Positions 55,759 through 63,593 of a stretch of 64,000 bases of DNA are shown here, piece by piece. The position numbers and the translations under genes were made by a program. The notes beneath the pieces are model-generated. The model was not told the origin of the DNA, ran no database searches, and was given only the letters and a program-made list of their open reading frames with translations. Within the stretch, counting starts at the first letter, position 1. Each line of letters opens with the position of its first letter. The stretch is from a virus (lineage: Duplodnaviria > Heunggongvirae > Uroviricota > Caudoviricetes), in the IMG/VR virus record IMGVR_UViG_3300046542_000616; one strand, written 5' to 3'.

Positions 55759-56130
55759 TCACATGCCCAGGGCGTCTTCCAGAAGCATCCCTTTGGCCTG
55801 CCAGAAGAGGTCGGAGGGCAGAAGGGATTCGGCAGCCTTGATTCCGAATATATCGGTGAACATCCGTGCGCCATGTTTATTGGTCACTTTAAGCGCGACA
55901 TCGTCGGCGGTATGCCAGCGCTGCAGTATTCCGGATGCCTGCCGGTATTGCGCACTTCCTGGCTTGAAAAAACCACTGAGCAGAAGACCTAAGATGTGGT
56001 CTTGTTCGATACCTGGCTGAGGCTTCAATTGCCCGGTGGCCAGGGAGTGGAGAACGCTCGTTCGCTCAGCCGGACTCAGATCGCCGAACGGGATTTCGCC
56101 GTTCAATATGCCTTTTTCTACCAGGTTCAT
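55759..56130 (-). CDS. family-B short paralog (123 aa), first gene of the minus array; ends ...LLEDALGM
   Basis: ORF; FTDIFGIKAAESLLPSDLFWQAKGMLLEDALGM*. Confidence 0.7.
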   Translation of the reverse strand: MNLVEKGILNGEIPFGDLSPAERTSVLHSLATGQLKPQPGIEQDHILGLLLSGFFKPGSAQYRQASGILQRWHTADDVALKVTNKHGARMFTDIFGIKAAESLLPSDLFWQAKGMLLEDALGM

Positions 56131-56270
56131 GTGCCGCCCTCATCGTTCAGAACAGTATGGCAGTGCCGAATGGGCGCCACCAAGCACCAGGCTAACCAAG
56201 ATGAAAGCCGCTTGATAGGTGATGACTAATATTGTTAGGCTTCACGCCTTATCTATGAGGGATCGACACC
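56131..56270. promoter_or_regulatory. divergent promoter region between the minus array and the HTH regulator gene
   Basis: 140-bp intergenic region between divergent starts (56130 minus, 56271 plus); contains TTGATA and AT-rich -10-like hexamers; no confident promoter call. Confidence 0.3.
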
Positions 56271-56663
56271 ATGCTAGCAGGCAAGCAGCTGGGCGAGGCT
56301 ATCGAGAAGGCACGGATTTCCAAAGGCATCAGCAAGAAGCAACTGGCTGACGAATTTGGTGTTAAGCCGCCCTCGGTTAAGGGATTGGTTCGTGATGGTC
56401 GCATCGACAAAAAAAGACTTGTGATGATGCACTATTTCGGTGATGTCGTCGGGCCTGAGCATTGGGTATTTGGCGACATCATGGATGCCGAAATGCGGGC
56501 CCACCCCCTGATCCTTCAGATTGCGAAAGGAATCGAAGATGGTCGACTGACCGATTCGGATAATGAACTACCCGCACCTGAATCGAAGATTGCAGATGGG
56601 GTATCCTCTACGCTTCGATGGGGGTTGTTCGCCAACGGCGACAACTCCCTCCACGTAGCCTAA
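56271..56663 (+). CDS. XRE/Cro-like HTH transcriptional regulator, 3' end replaced by IS sequence
   Basis: QLGEAIEKARISKGISKKQLADEFGVKPPSVKGLVRDGRIDKKRL = HTH_XRE-like; paralog of 58623..59072; the last ~30 codons run through the IS RE hairpin (56571..56601). Confidence 0.6.
   Translation: MLAGKQLGEAIEKARISKGISKKQLADEFGVKPPSVKGLVRDGRIDKKRLVMMHYFGDVVGPEHWVFGDIMDAEMRAHPLILQIAKGIEDGRLTDSDNELPAPESKIADGVSSTLRWGLFANGDNSLHVA
56571..56601. repeat. IS subterminal hairpin (tnpB-proximal end; RE-like) CCCGCACCTGAATCGAAGATTGCAGATGGGG
   Basis: 29/31 identical in direct orientation to 58437..58467; imperfect palindrome CACCTG...CAGATG. Confidence 0.6.
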
Positions 56664-56675
56664 CGGGCGCGTTCC

Positions 56676-57962
56676 CTACCCGTGTTTCTTTCGGAATGCG
56701 ACTTTTTTTGGCGCCTTTTTGGCCTTCCAGTCCTGAGCGAGAACGTAGTTCACGCCGCGACTCTGAAGCACCAAACTCGCATTAAAGTCCGCATCGCATG
56801 CAAACCCACAACCGGTACACAAAAACCGCTTTCCAGCACGGTTTTCGGATGACGTGTGTCCGCATTGGGAGCACGTCTGCGAGCTGAAATGGGCCGGCAC
56901 CTTGATGCACACCTTGTTCATTCTCGCGGCTTTGTAGTGGGTGAAAAGCGTAATATTGCCCCAGCAACTCTGCAAAATACTGCGGTTCAGGCCAGATTTT
57001 GCGGCTGCTCCGTTAGGCAGGTATTGACCCGTTTCGTCCTGTTTTGGCTTGGCGCGCCGAGTCATGTTGGCTATTTTCAGATCTTCGAAGGTGAAGACCT
57101 GGATAGCCGGGTTATTCACCAGTTGTCTCGACACCTGGTGCGCAAAATTCTTGCGGACTTCGGCCTGTTGGTTCGAGATCACACTGATGGATAATTTGGT
57201 TTTACTTCGGCGCTGAGATCCGATTTTCTGCCTGGCCAACTTGCGCTGTAGGTGTTTTTTCCGCTGTTCGCGGCGCTTGTTTTTGATGATTGCTGGAGTG
57301 GCCATGTGGTACACCTGGCCGTCACTGCCGTGCAGCATTTCTCGCACGCCACGGTCGCCAGCCCAGGTCTTGGCCATCAGCTGTTCGGCGCTGAGGTGGC
57401 TCAGATCGCTCAGGAGGTCTTCTTGTGAGCGCGGCTCGACCAGTTTAGGGTCTTCGAAGCTAAAGCTCACGTACCAGCGATTAGCCTTGCGGCTAATCAC
57501 CAGTGTTTTCGGGGTTTTGAACTCGCGATGGGCGCCGAACTTGAGGTCACCGACCTTGTGCCGGAACGTGCCGATGTTCAGCACGCCTTGCTCATCAAAA
57601 CGGAACAGTTCTGAGGTCAGCAACACGCTGTCACGACGACCTTTTTTCTTGTGCGCGGGCTTGAAGGCAAGGCCTTTGCGGTAGCGCTGCCAGGCAGTCA
57701 TGAACTGAAAGGATGAATTTCGCAATAATTGCGAGGGAACATCCGACAAATACGGTGTCAGTTCATCGTCCTTGAACTGAGAATAGGCCTGATCAATCTC
57801 GGGCATTGGGTCTGCGCCCAATGCCTTGCGCCGAAAGGTCTGAAAGTACTCCATTTCAGCGACTTTGGCGTTGTAGATCACTCGTGCGCAGCCAATCCAC
57901 TGCGCCAGCGTTTTCTGCTGGTCGGGTGTGGGGTAGGCGCGGCAACGAATTCCGTTTATCAT
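56676..57962 (-). CDS. tnpB: TnpB (IS605 OrfB family RNA-guided nuclease-like transposase accessory protein)
   Basis: MINGIRCRAYPTPDQQKTL N-terminus; AGDRGV, TFEDLKI (RuvC-II), zinc finger CSQCGH...CTGCG, DADFNASLVL (RuvC-III); ORF 56676..57980 with likely start at 57962. Confidence 0.85.
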   Translation of the reverse strand: MINGIRCRAYPTPDQQKTLAQWIGCARVIYNAKVAEMEYFQTFRRKALGADPMPEIDQAYSQFKDDELTPYLSDVPSQLLRNSSFQFMTAWQRYRKGLAFKPAHKKKGRRDSVLLTSELFRFDEQGVLNIGTFRHKVGDLKFGAHREFKTPKTLVISRKANRWYVSFSFEDPKLVEPRSQEDLLSDLSHLSAEQLMAKTWAGDRGVREMLHGSDGQVYHMATPAIIKNKRREQRKKHLQRKLARQKIGSQRRSKTKLSISVISNQQAEVRKNFAHQVSRQLVNNPAIQVFTFEDLKIANMTRRAKPKQDETGQYLPNGAAAKSGLNRSILQSCWGNITLFTHYKAARMNKVCIKVPAHFSSQTCSQCGHTSSENRAGKRFLCTGCGFACDADFNASLVLQSRGVNYVLAQDWKAKKAPKKVAFRKKHG

Positions 57963-58010
57963 GGTCGATAACGTACACACCTACAGATTAATTGTCAACT
58001 GGAAGGTCAT

Positions 58011-58436
58011 ATGAAATCAGCGTCGAATGCCGTATATGAAATACAGCTGCATATTGTTTTTGTGGTGAAGTACCGGCGCAAGGTACTGACCGAAGCGATG
58101 CTATCTTCGGTAGCTCAGGTGCTGAAAAACACCTTGGAATCGTGGCGTTGCGAACTGATTGAGGTGGGCGGCGAAGCCGACCACCTGCACCTGCTGATTG
58201 GTATCCACCCAGCGCTGAACATCGCTGACTTGATCGGTAATCTGAAGTCGATCAGTTCGCGTCATTTGCGCAAAGACTATGAAATCGAGATAAAAAAATA
58301 CTTGTGGAAAGATGCCTTCTGGCACAGAGCCTACTACGTCGGTAGCGTTGGAAAAACCACCCTCGAAACGATCAAAAACTACGTGCAAAATCAGGGTGAA
58401 ACCGACAAGCCTGGGCGCCCGCGCCGACAACCGTGA
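58011..58436 (+). CDS. tnpA: IS200-type Y1 HUH transposase TnpA
   Basis: 141 aa; HLHLLI (HUH motif) and catalytic Tyr in RAYYVGSVG...NYVQNQ, typical of IS200/IS608 TnpA. Confidence 0.85.
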   Translation: MKSASNAVYEIQLHIVFVVKYRRKVLTEAMLSSVAQVLKNTLESWRCELIEVGGEADHLHLLIGIHPALNIADLIGNLKSISSRHLRKDYEIEIKKYLWKDAFWHRAYYVGSVGKTTLETIKNYVQNQGETDKPGRPRRQP

Positions 58437-58467
58437 CCCGCACCTGAATCAAAGATTGCAGGTGGGG
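58437..58467. repeat. IS subterminal hairpin (tnpA-proximal end; LE-like) CCCGCACCTGAATCAAAGATTGCAGGTGGGG
   Basis: Perfect CACCTG / CAGGTG stem (9 bp with one bulge) with a 12-nt loop; direct copy of 56571..56601. Confidence 0.6.
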
Positions 58468-58622
58468 AATGTGGTTGTCATTTGTTCAAACGCTCAGCGC
58501 GCTGGCTAAGCACATGGAGTCTAAGACCACGGTATCAGTCGAACACAAAGCAGTGGTGTCATGAGTTTTATTTTGGATGCAGCACGTTCTTGATTTTTGA
58601 ACAAATTCATTGAGGAAATTGT

Positions 58623-59072
58623 ATGTTGAGTGGGCGAGCACTAGGGGATGCATTGAGAGCAGCTATGAGAGCCAAGAATGTCACGTGGAGTGACATGGCC
58701 AGGCATCTCAAAGTGAGCGATCAAACCCTGTTGAATTGGATTGATACGGGTAAAATCAGGAGTACTGCGATCTTCCAGCTGAGAAGCTTTTTTGATGGGT
58801 ATGTGCCAGATGATCATTGGGAAACCAGTCCTCAAGACAGAGCGGGGGCTGTGTCCTCCGAGACTATAGCCGTAGCAGAAATCAATTCTTCACTGACTGG
58901 ACTCATCAGCCAACTGAGCGACGACTTCAAATCAGGCCTGATCGATGAAGCGGACATCAGTGCCTTGGCAGCGATGGCCAGACACCTGACTACGCGAAGA
59001 AATGTTACCGACATCGGCGCCCTGGCGGCGGTGGCCAATCACCTGATCACGCGCAGTAATGTTAATGCCTAG
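58623..59072 (+). CDS. XRE/Cro-like HTH regulator (paralog of 56271..56663)
   Basis: LSGRALGDALRAAMRAKNVTWSDMARHLKVSDQTLLNWIDTGKIRSTAIFQLRSFFDGYVPDDHWE aligns with the N-terminus of the 56271 gene. Confidence 0.55.
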   Translation: MLSGRALGDALRAAMRAKNVTWSDMARHLKVSDQTLLNWIDTGKIRSTAIFQLRSFFDGYVPDDHWETSPQDRAGAVSSETIAVAEINSSLTGLISQLSDDFKSGLIDEADISALAAMARHLTTRRNVTDIGALAAVANHLITRSNVNA

Positions 59073-59212
59073 GGCGTCTGGCGTACCTTTTCGACAATGA
59101 CCAATGCCTGTGCTCGAACTGAGATGTAGTCGAGCACAATGGCATGGGCAAATTCCTGCTTCCAGGAACGCAGTGCGCCGGCTGCATGCCTGAAGGTTGC
59201 ACAGGAAACGAA

Positions 59213-59971
59213 TCAGCTCTTGATGGTGAGCATCTCAATGACCTTGAGGGCCTGCAGGCGCACTTGGCCGTAGTCCATGTTGACGTCCGGATGGAAACCT
59301 ACGCGAAACGCGAGCCCCAGCTTTTCATCCTTGAAGATGTATTCGCAGGCCTCTGGGGCGGTGTCCTCTTGATGGTAGGTCTTGCATACCTTGTAGGGCG
59401 CCATCTTGCCAGTATCCGGGTCGAGGCCGTAGGTGTACTCATGGCCGTAGTAATAGCCGTCGTTGACCTTGCCGAGTGTCCGGCTTACCAGCGACACGGA
59501 CACTTCCTGATTCGTCTGCCTGGACAGTTCTCGCTGAATGATGTCGCCGTCGATGGCCTTGCGGGCGCCCACTTCATACGGACGCTTGATGGCGCCTATC
59601 GTCAAATAGGTGGACTGCATGCCGGAGAGGGCCATGGTCTTGGCGGGCGACAGGTTCTGAATGTTCAGGTAGAGCCCGGCAATAATTAGAGGATGATCGC
59701 ATCCTTCCCCGGCTACGTCGGCGTCAAACACGGCGCCAGCGGAGGTGTATTCGATGGGGATGCGCAAGTGGTGCCCGGCCAGCACGCCGCAAATCGGCTG
59801 GGGCTCAGCGGGTTTGACTTCAGCGGGTTTGATTTCAACGGGCTTGACCGGCTGCTGCGCCACGGCGACAGGTTTTTTCACGGGGGCAGTGGGTTTCTTC
59901 GGTTCTGCGATGGCGACAGGTACTGCGAATAGCGAAAACATGATCGCGTAGGCGAGCGGAATCAATTTCAC
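59213..59971 (-). CDS. secreted hypothetical protein (252 aa) with signal peptide and Pro/Lys-rich low-complexity linker
   Basis: MKLIPLAYAIMFSLFAVPVAIA signal; PKKPTAPVKKPVAVAQQPVKPVEIKPAEVKPAEPQP linker; overlapping plus ORF 59144..59689 judged a shadow. Confidence 0.6.
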   Translation of the reverse strand: MKLIPLAYAIMFSLFAVPVAIAEPKKPTAPVKKPVAVAQQPVKPVEIKPAEVKPAEPQPICGVLAGHHLRIPIEYTSAGAVFDADVAGEGCDHPLIIAGLYLNIQNLSPAKTMALSGMQSTYLTIGAIKRPYEVGARKAIDGDIIQRELSRQTNQEVSVSLVSRTLGKVNDGYYYGHEYTYGLDPDTGKMAPYKVCKTYHQEDTAPEACEYIFKDEKLGLAFRVGFHPDVNMDYGQVRLQALKVIEMLTIKS

Positions 59972-60273
59972 GGAGTCACCGGGCAGAAATCAGAGGAGAA
60001 AGGCAAGATTTCGTCAATATACATGTAAATAATTGACTCGTGAATGCCAAATCCCTGTTTTTACGGGGCTTTTTGTCGCCTCGGATGAAAACGAGGTCTG
60101 TGTTCGAATATCGGACGATTAGGTGTAGCGGTGATTAATCTCTTTGACGCCCGGAGAGGCTCGCTCCAGCCCTGAAGGCCACGTGCCTGGGCTGGAGACG
60201 CCCGGTGGCAGGTTCAATTGACCACTAAAAAATTGATGATATATTGCCGATAACCAATTTTTAAGATGCGACC

Positions 60274-62241
60274 ATGACCAGTCCAGTGAATGACAAAACC
60301 AAGCCTGTAGATCATTCAGATGTCGAGGTTATTTTCCTGGATCTGGAAGAAAACACCGCTGAGGCGGATCGTGCCTCACCGGAATCGCTTGAAGTCGTGG
60401 TGATCTCTTCTTTCGAAGAGTATGAGGCCATTTTCCGCGCTGGTGAGGCATTAGAAGGTCGCCAGTATGTTTTCAGGGCCAAAGACACATGGCCCGACCT
60501 TTCCCTGGACGCGAGGTCGCCGCGTTTGCTGCTCGATTATCTTCCGGTTTATGTAGGGACTTCGGACGTTGAGGCCAAGCTGTCGTCCGATAGTATCAAG
60601 GCGTTTAAATACGCAGGAACTCTTATCAAGTTCGATAAGGGTGAAGTTGACACTGCAATTAAGTGCTTCAGCGAAATTGACTTGCTTAACTCTGGTGCTT
60701 TAATTGACGTATCGGGCGAAAAGCTTCGGCTTCCTTATGGTCAATTTACTTTTGACAATGATATTCTGGATAGGTTTAACCCACTTGTTCTCGAAAGAAT
60801 TGTGGATATTTATTGCGATAAAACTGTTTATTCAAAACAGGAGCTAGTTGATATAATTGAAGCTAATCTAATTGGGGAAATATTCAATGATAAATACGAG
60901 TCTGATAACAAGCTAACTCCATTGAATCCAGGTATTGATTATTACGACCTCCTGGCTGGGATATACTTCCCTTCGCCTAATTCTCTAGAATATTCGGCCA
61001 TAGACAATAATGTCTGCAGCTCCTGGCAAATTATCAAAGACTTTTTCTTTAGAACAGTGCTTCCGTTGGCATTCATGAATAGTGGCTTTAAAAGCTTTGT
61101 TGGTTGCTCTTTGCTTAATCACGATGATTTAACTGAAACAAACTACGCTCGAATATCGATGGCGTTTTTTTATTATATTTGCGGTATTCGTGATGTGGCT
61201 AGAGTGCTCAACACGAAGTTCAAGGAAGTTGCCAGTTGTGATGCCAGTGATATCTTCTCTGGAAAATATTCGAAGTCAACACTGAGACGGGCTGAGTGGC
61301 TGGACAAAGAAGTCAAGTCTGTTAAAGCTGATGCAGTAAAGTCGGTTTTTGCCGTTGATGGAGAAAAGCGCCAAACCATCGAGCTGACAGGCTTGTCGGT
61401 ATCCTCGGAGGCGATGAATGCCTTCACTGCCCTAGGCAAAAAACACCCGCATTTCTCTAAGGTTTTCGACTACCTGCTGCCATTTGTTGAATCGTCGTTT
61501 TTCAACGGGAGCCCTCTGGTCATTCCGCCGATGTTGATCGCAGGCCCGCCCGGTATTGGCAAGACCAAATTTATCTCGGAGCTGTTTGGTGTGTTTGGCT
61601 ATCCGATCAGCCATTGCCATTCATCTCAGTTCACCTGCGGCTCTGGCTTGGTCGGCCTGCAGTCGACCTGGTCGAACACTCAGCCTGGCTATGTCGCAGA
61701 AGCACAGCGCCGTTCAAAGCTCTACAACCCGCTGATTGCCTTTGATGAGCTTGAGCGGGTCAGAATGGCACACCATGGCGGTAATGGCATTTCGGTTGAA
61801 GCGGCCTTCATGCGCTTGCTGGAGCCGCTTGAGGCCACCCGTTTCGTTGATGCTTGCGGGCAATTGCCACACGACGTCTCGAAAGTGAACTGGATCTTCA
61901 CCTGCAACGAGCCTGGCCTCATACCGCCTGCGCTTCTGAGTCGGTTAAACAAGGTATGCGTGTACCCGCCGACAGAAGAGACTGTCATCGACAACATCCA
62001 TCGCGACATCTGGCTGGATCTGGTCAATCAGTACGCGTCAGGCGGTCGGATCAAGCCTTGGATCTCGGCAGACGCACTGGAGAATCTTCGTGAGGTGTAT
62101 TACGGGGATTTGAATTTCCGCTCGGGGATCAAGATCATGAAAAATTGCCTGAACAAGCTTATGAGCGGCGTGCAGGACTCCAACTACCTGACGCTGGACG
62201 TGATCGCGAGCAAGTCACTGAAGCGCGCCGCTCTCAACTGA
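60274..62241 (+). CDS. AAA+ ATPase domain protein (Lon/Clp-like P-loop) with ~400-aa N-terminal region of unknown function
   Basis: Walker A LIAGPPGIGKTKF, Walker B PLIAFDELER, sensor region NWIFTCNEPGLIPPALLSRLNKV; no protease domain evident. Confidence 0.6.
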   Translation: MTSPVNDKTKPVDHSDVEVIFLDLEENTAEADRASPESLEVVVISSFEEYEAIFRAGEALEGRQYVFRAKDTWPDLSLDARSPRLLLDYLPVYVGTSDVEAKLSSDSIKAFKYAGTLIKFDKGEVDTAIKCFSEIDLLNSGALIDVSGEKLRLPYGQFTFDNDILDRFNPLVLERIVDIYCDKTVYSKQELVDIIEANLIGEIFNDKYESDNKLTPLNPGIDYYDLLAGIYFPSPNSLEYSAIDNNVCSSWQIIKDFFFRTVLPLAFMNSGFKSFVGCSLLNHDDLTETNYARISMAFFYYICGIRDVARVLNTKFKEVASCDASDIFSGKYSKSTLRRAEWLDKEVKSVKADAVKSVFAVDGEKRQTIELTGLSVSSEAMNAFTALGKKHPHFSKVFDYLLPFVESSFFNGSPLVIPPMLIAGPPGIGKTKFISELFGVFGYPISHCHSSQFTCGSGLVGLQSTWSNTQPGYVAEAQRRSKLYNPLIAFDELERVRMAHHGGNGISVEAAFMRLLEPLEATRFVDACGQLPHDVSKVNWIFTCNEPGLIPPALLSRLNKVCVYPPTEETVIDNIHRDIWLDLVNQYASGGRIKPWISADALENLREVYYGDLNFRSGIKIMKNCLNKLMSGVQDSNYLTLDVIASKSLKRAALN

Positions 62242-62284
62242 GGGCATCGCCAGCTGGATTCTGAAGCTAACAGGGGTGGGCGAT

Positions 62285-62455
62285 CTACCCCCAGCAGAGC
62301 GCGATCACGAGCAAAAGGCTGGCGTAGCTGACAATGCCCAGAATCTTGAATTTCAAGTTCCACTTTGCGAAAAAGTAGATGTACGCCGGCACAATTAAAA
62401 ACGCCACCTGCGACAGAAAGTGATGCTGGACGACAAACTCATTAACGTCATTCAT
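62285..62455 (-). CDS. small membrane protein (56 aa, not in ORF track)
   Basis: Hand translation: MNDVNEFVVQHHFLSQVAFLIVPAYIYFFAKWNLKFKILGIVSYASLLLVIALCWG*; start overlaps the stop of the upstream small gene. Confidence 0.35.
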   Translation of the reverse strand: MNDVNEFVVQHHFLSQVAFLIVPAYIYFFAKWNLKFKILGIVSYASLLLVIALCWG

Positions 62456-62648
62456 GTGGGGTGGCCTTGATTTCTGCCATGTTAATCTCGGGCGTGCTGT
62501 TTTTCTGTTGCTGCTCAGTGACCGCCGCCTTTGACAAATCTTGTTCCTTGGCCTCCTGGATTGAGTAATTAAGCCACTTCAATCCGAGCAGGATTACTAT
62601 TAAGGCAATACATATGCCCATCAGAATTTCTATACGATTATCAAACAT
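62448..62648 (-). CDS. small membrane protein (66 aa)
   Basis: ORF; single TM helix ILMGICIALIVILLGL. Confidence 0.4.
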   Translation of the reverse strand: MFDNRIEILMGICIALIVILLGLKWLNYSIQEAKEQDLSKAAVTEQQQKNSTPEINMAEIKATPHE

Positions 62649-62800
62649 GCCTTATCCATGATTTGTAGGCGTGGCCGCAGACTGACTGCTACGTGCGACC
62701 GTTTGGGGTTCTTCTTTTTTATAATTGAATGACCAATCGCATAGATTCGCGATGATGACCATCCATATGAAAAAACTGGCAAATGCGAGAAGTCTGCACA

Positions 62801-63154
62801 TTATTCAGTCTTCCCTGATTGTCCTGCCTGGGCCGATTCATCACCCACCGGTTCGACGGCTTCCGCCACCTTATCAGCGGTGCGGGTTATGACGGCAAAT
62901 GGCTCTTTCTTTTCAGGGTAGTTAAGGCGGTGGTTGGCCACACCCCCAACCAGGATCGTTATCGCCAACGCTGTTCCCAGTGCGCGATGCTTGCCCCCAG
63001 AGCTTAGGTAGCTGAACACCGCCAATAACAATGAACTTACAACCAAAAGCTCAATCATGAGCACGCTCCTGAGGGTTTCTGGAAATATACGCCAAGTGCT
63101 GTCGGTGGTCGTTGTTGGTGCGTCTGCCTTGTGGCTGGACGACCAATTAGCCAT
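62801..63154 (-). CDS. membrane protein (117 aa)
   Basis: ORF; 2-3 predicted TM helices. Confidence 0.45.
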   Translation of the reverse strand: MANWSSSHKADAPTTTTDSTWRIFPETLRSVLMIELLVVSSLLLAVFSYLSSGGKHRALGTALAITILVGGVANHRLNYPEKKEPFAVITRTADKVAEAVEPVGDESAQAGQSGKTE

Positions 63155-63207
63155 ATTGGTGCAAATGGCTCGCCATAAAGAAGCTTAGTAATGACAGCTG
63201 ACAAACA

Positions 63208-63483
63208 TTATTCCGGCTGGACTTTTGCAGTTGGTTTGGCAGGTAACGTTGCGTCAATCACTGGGCAGTCAGATACAGCTGACTTCTCAGATGAATTCTC
63301 TCCATAATAAGTCTGATACGCAGACCCGACCAATAGAATTGAAGTCACCAGCAATGCTGCACAGCCATGGAATTTATTCTTCCATGTGCAGTACGCAAAA
63401 ATACATACGATTGGCGCGAACACCAAAAAATTAGCGAGCATGAATAAAAACTCCTTGCTGGTTTTGTGCCAAATATACGCCAT
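63208..63483 (-). CDS. small membrane protein (91 aa)
   Basis: ORF; two hydrophobic helices. Confidence 0.4.
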   Translation of the reverse strand: MAYIWHKTSKEFLFMLANFLVFAPIVCIFAYCTWKNKFHGCAALLVTSILLVGSAYQTYYGENSSEKSAVSDCPVIDATLPAKPTAKVQPE

Positions 63484-63593
63484 AAAAAATGTAAATCAAT
63501 ACATAAAAAATCACTTCCCAACCATGGAAAATATGTCATTGTGTAGATACGTGCCGTTATATGGCTGACGGCATCGAATAAGAGGTCGTTTTC

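Larger units (their letters stand above)
56560..58480 (-). mobile_element. IS200/IS605-family insertion sequence (IS605-type: divergent tnpA and tnpB), boundaries approximate
   Basis: tnpB + tnpA bounded by 31-bp direct repeats with hairpin potential (56571..56601 and 58437..58467), as expected for the same-strand LE/RE subterminal hairpins of this family. Confidence 0.7.

Noticed and set aside
56571-58467. Interpreting the 31-bp direct repeats flanking tnpA/tnpB as a target-site duplication.
   Set aside because: IS200/IS605 elements transpose without target-site duplication. The repeats differ at 2 positions and each folds into a hairpin. This fits the family's same-orientation LE/RE subterminal hairpins.
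59144-59689. Plus-strand 181-aa ORF overlapping the secreted-protein gene 59213..59971.
   Set aside because: The minus ORF has a clear signal peptide and a low-complexity linker. The plus ORF is a Gly/Val/His-rich shadow.
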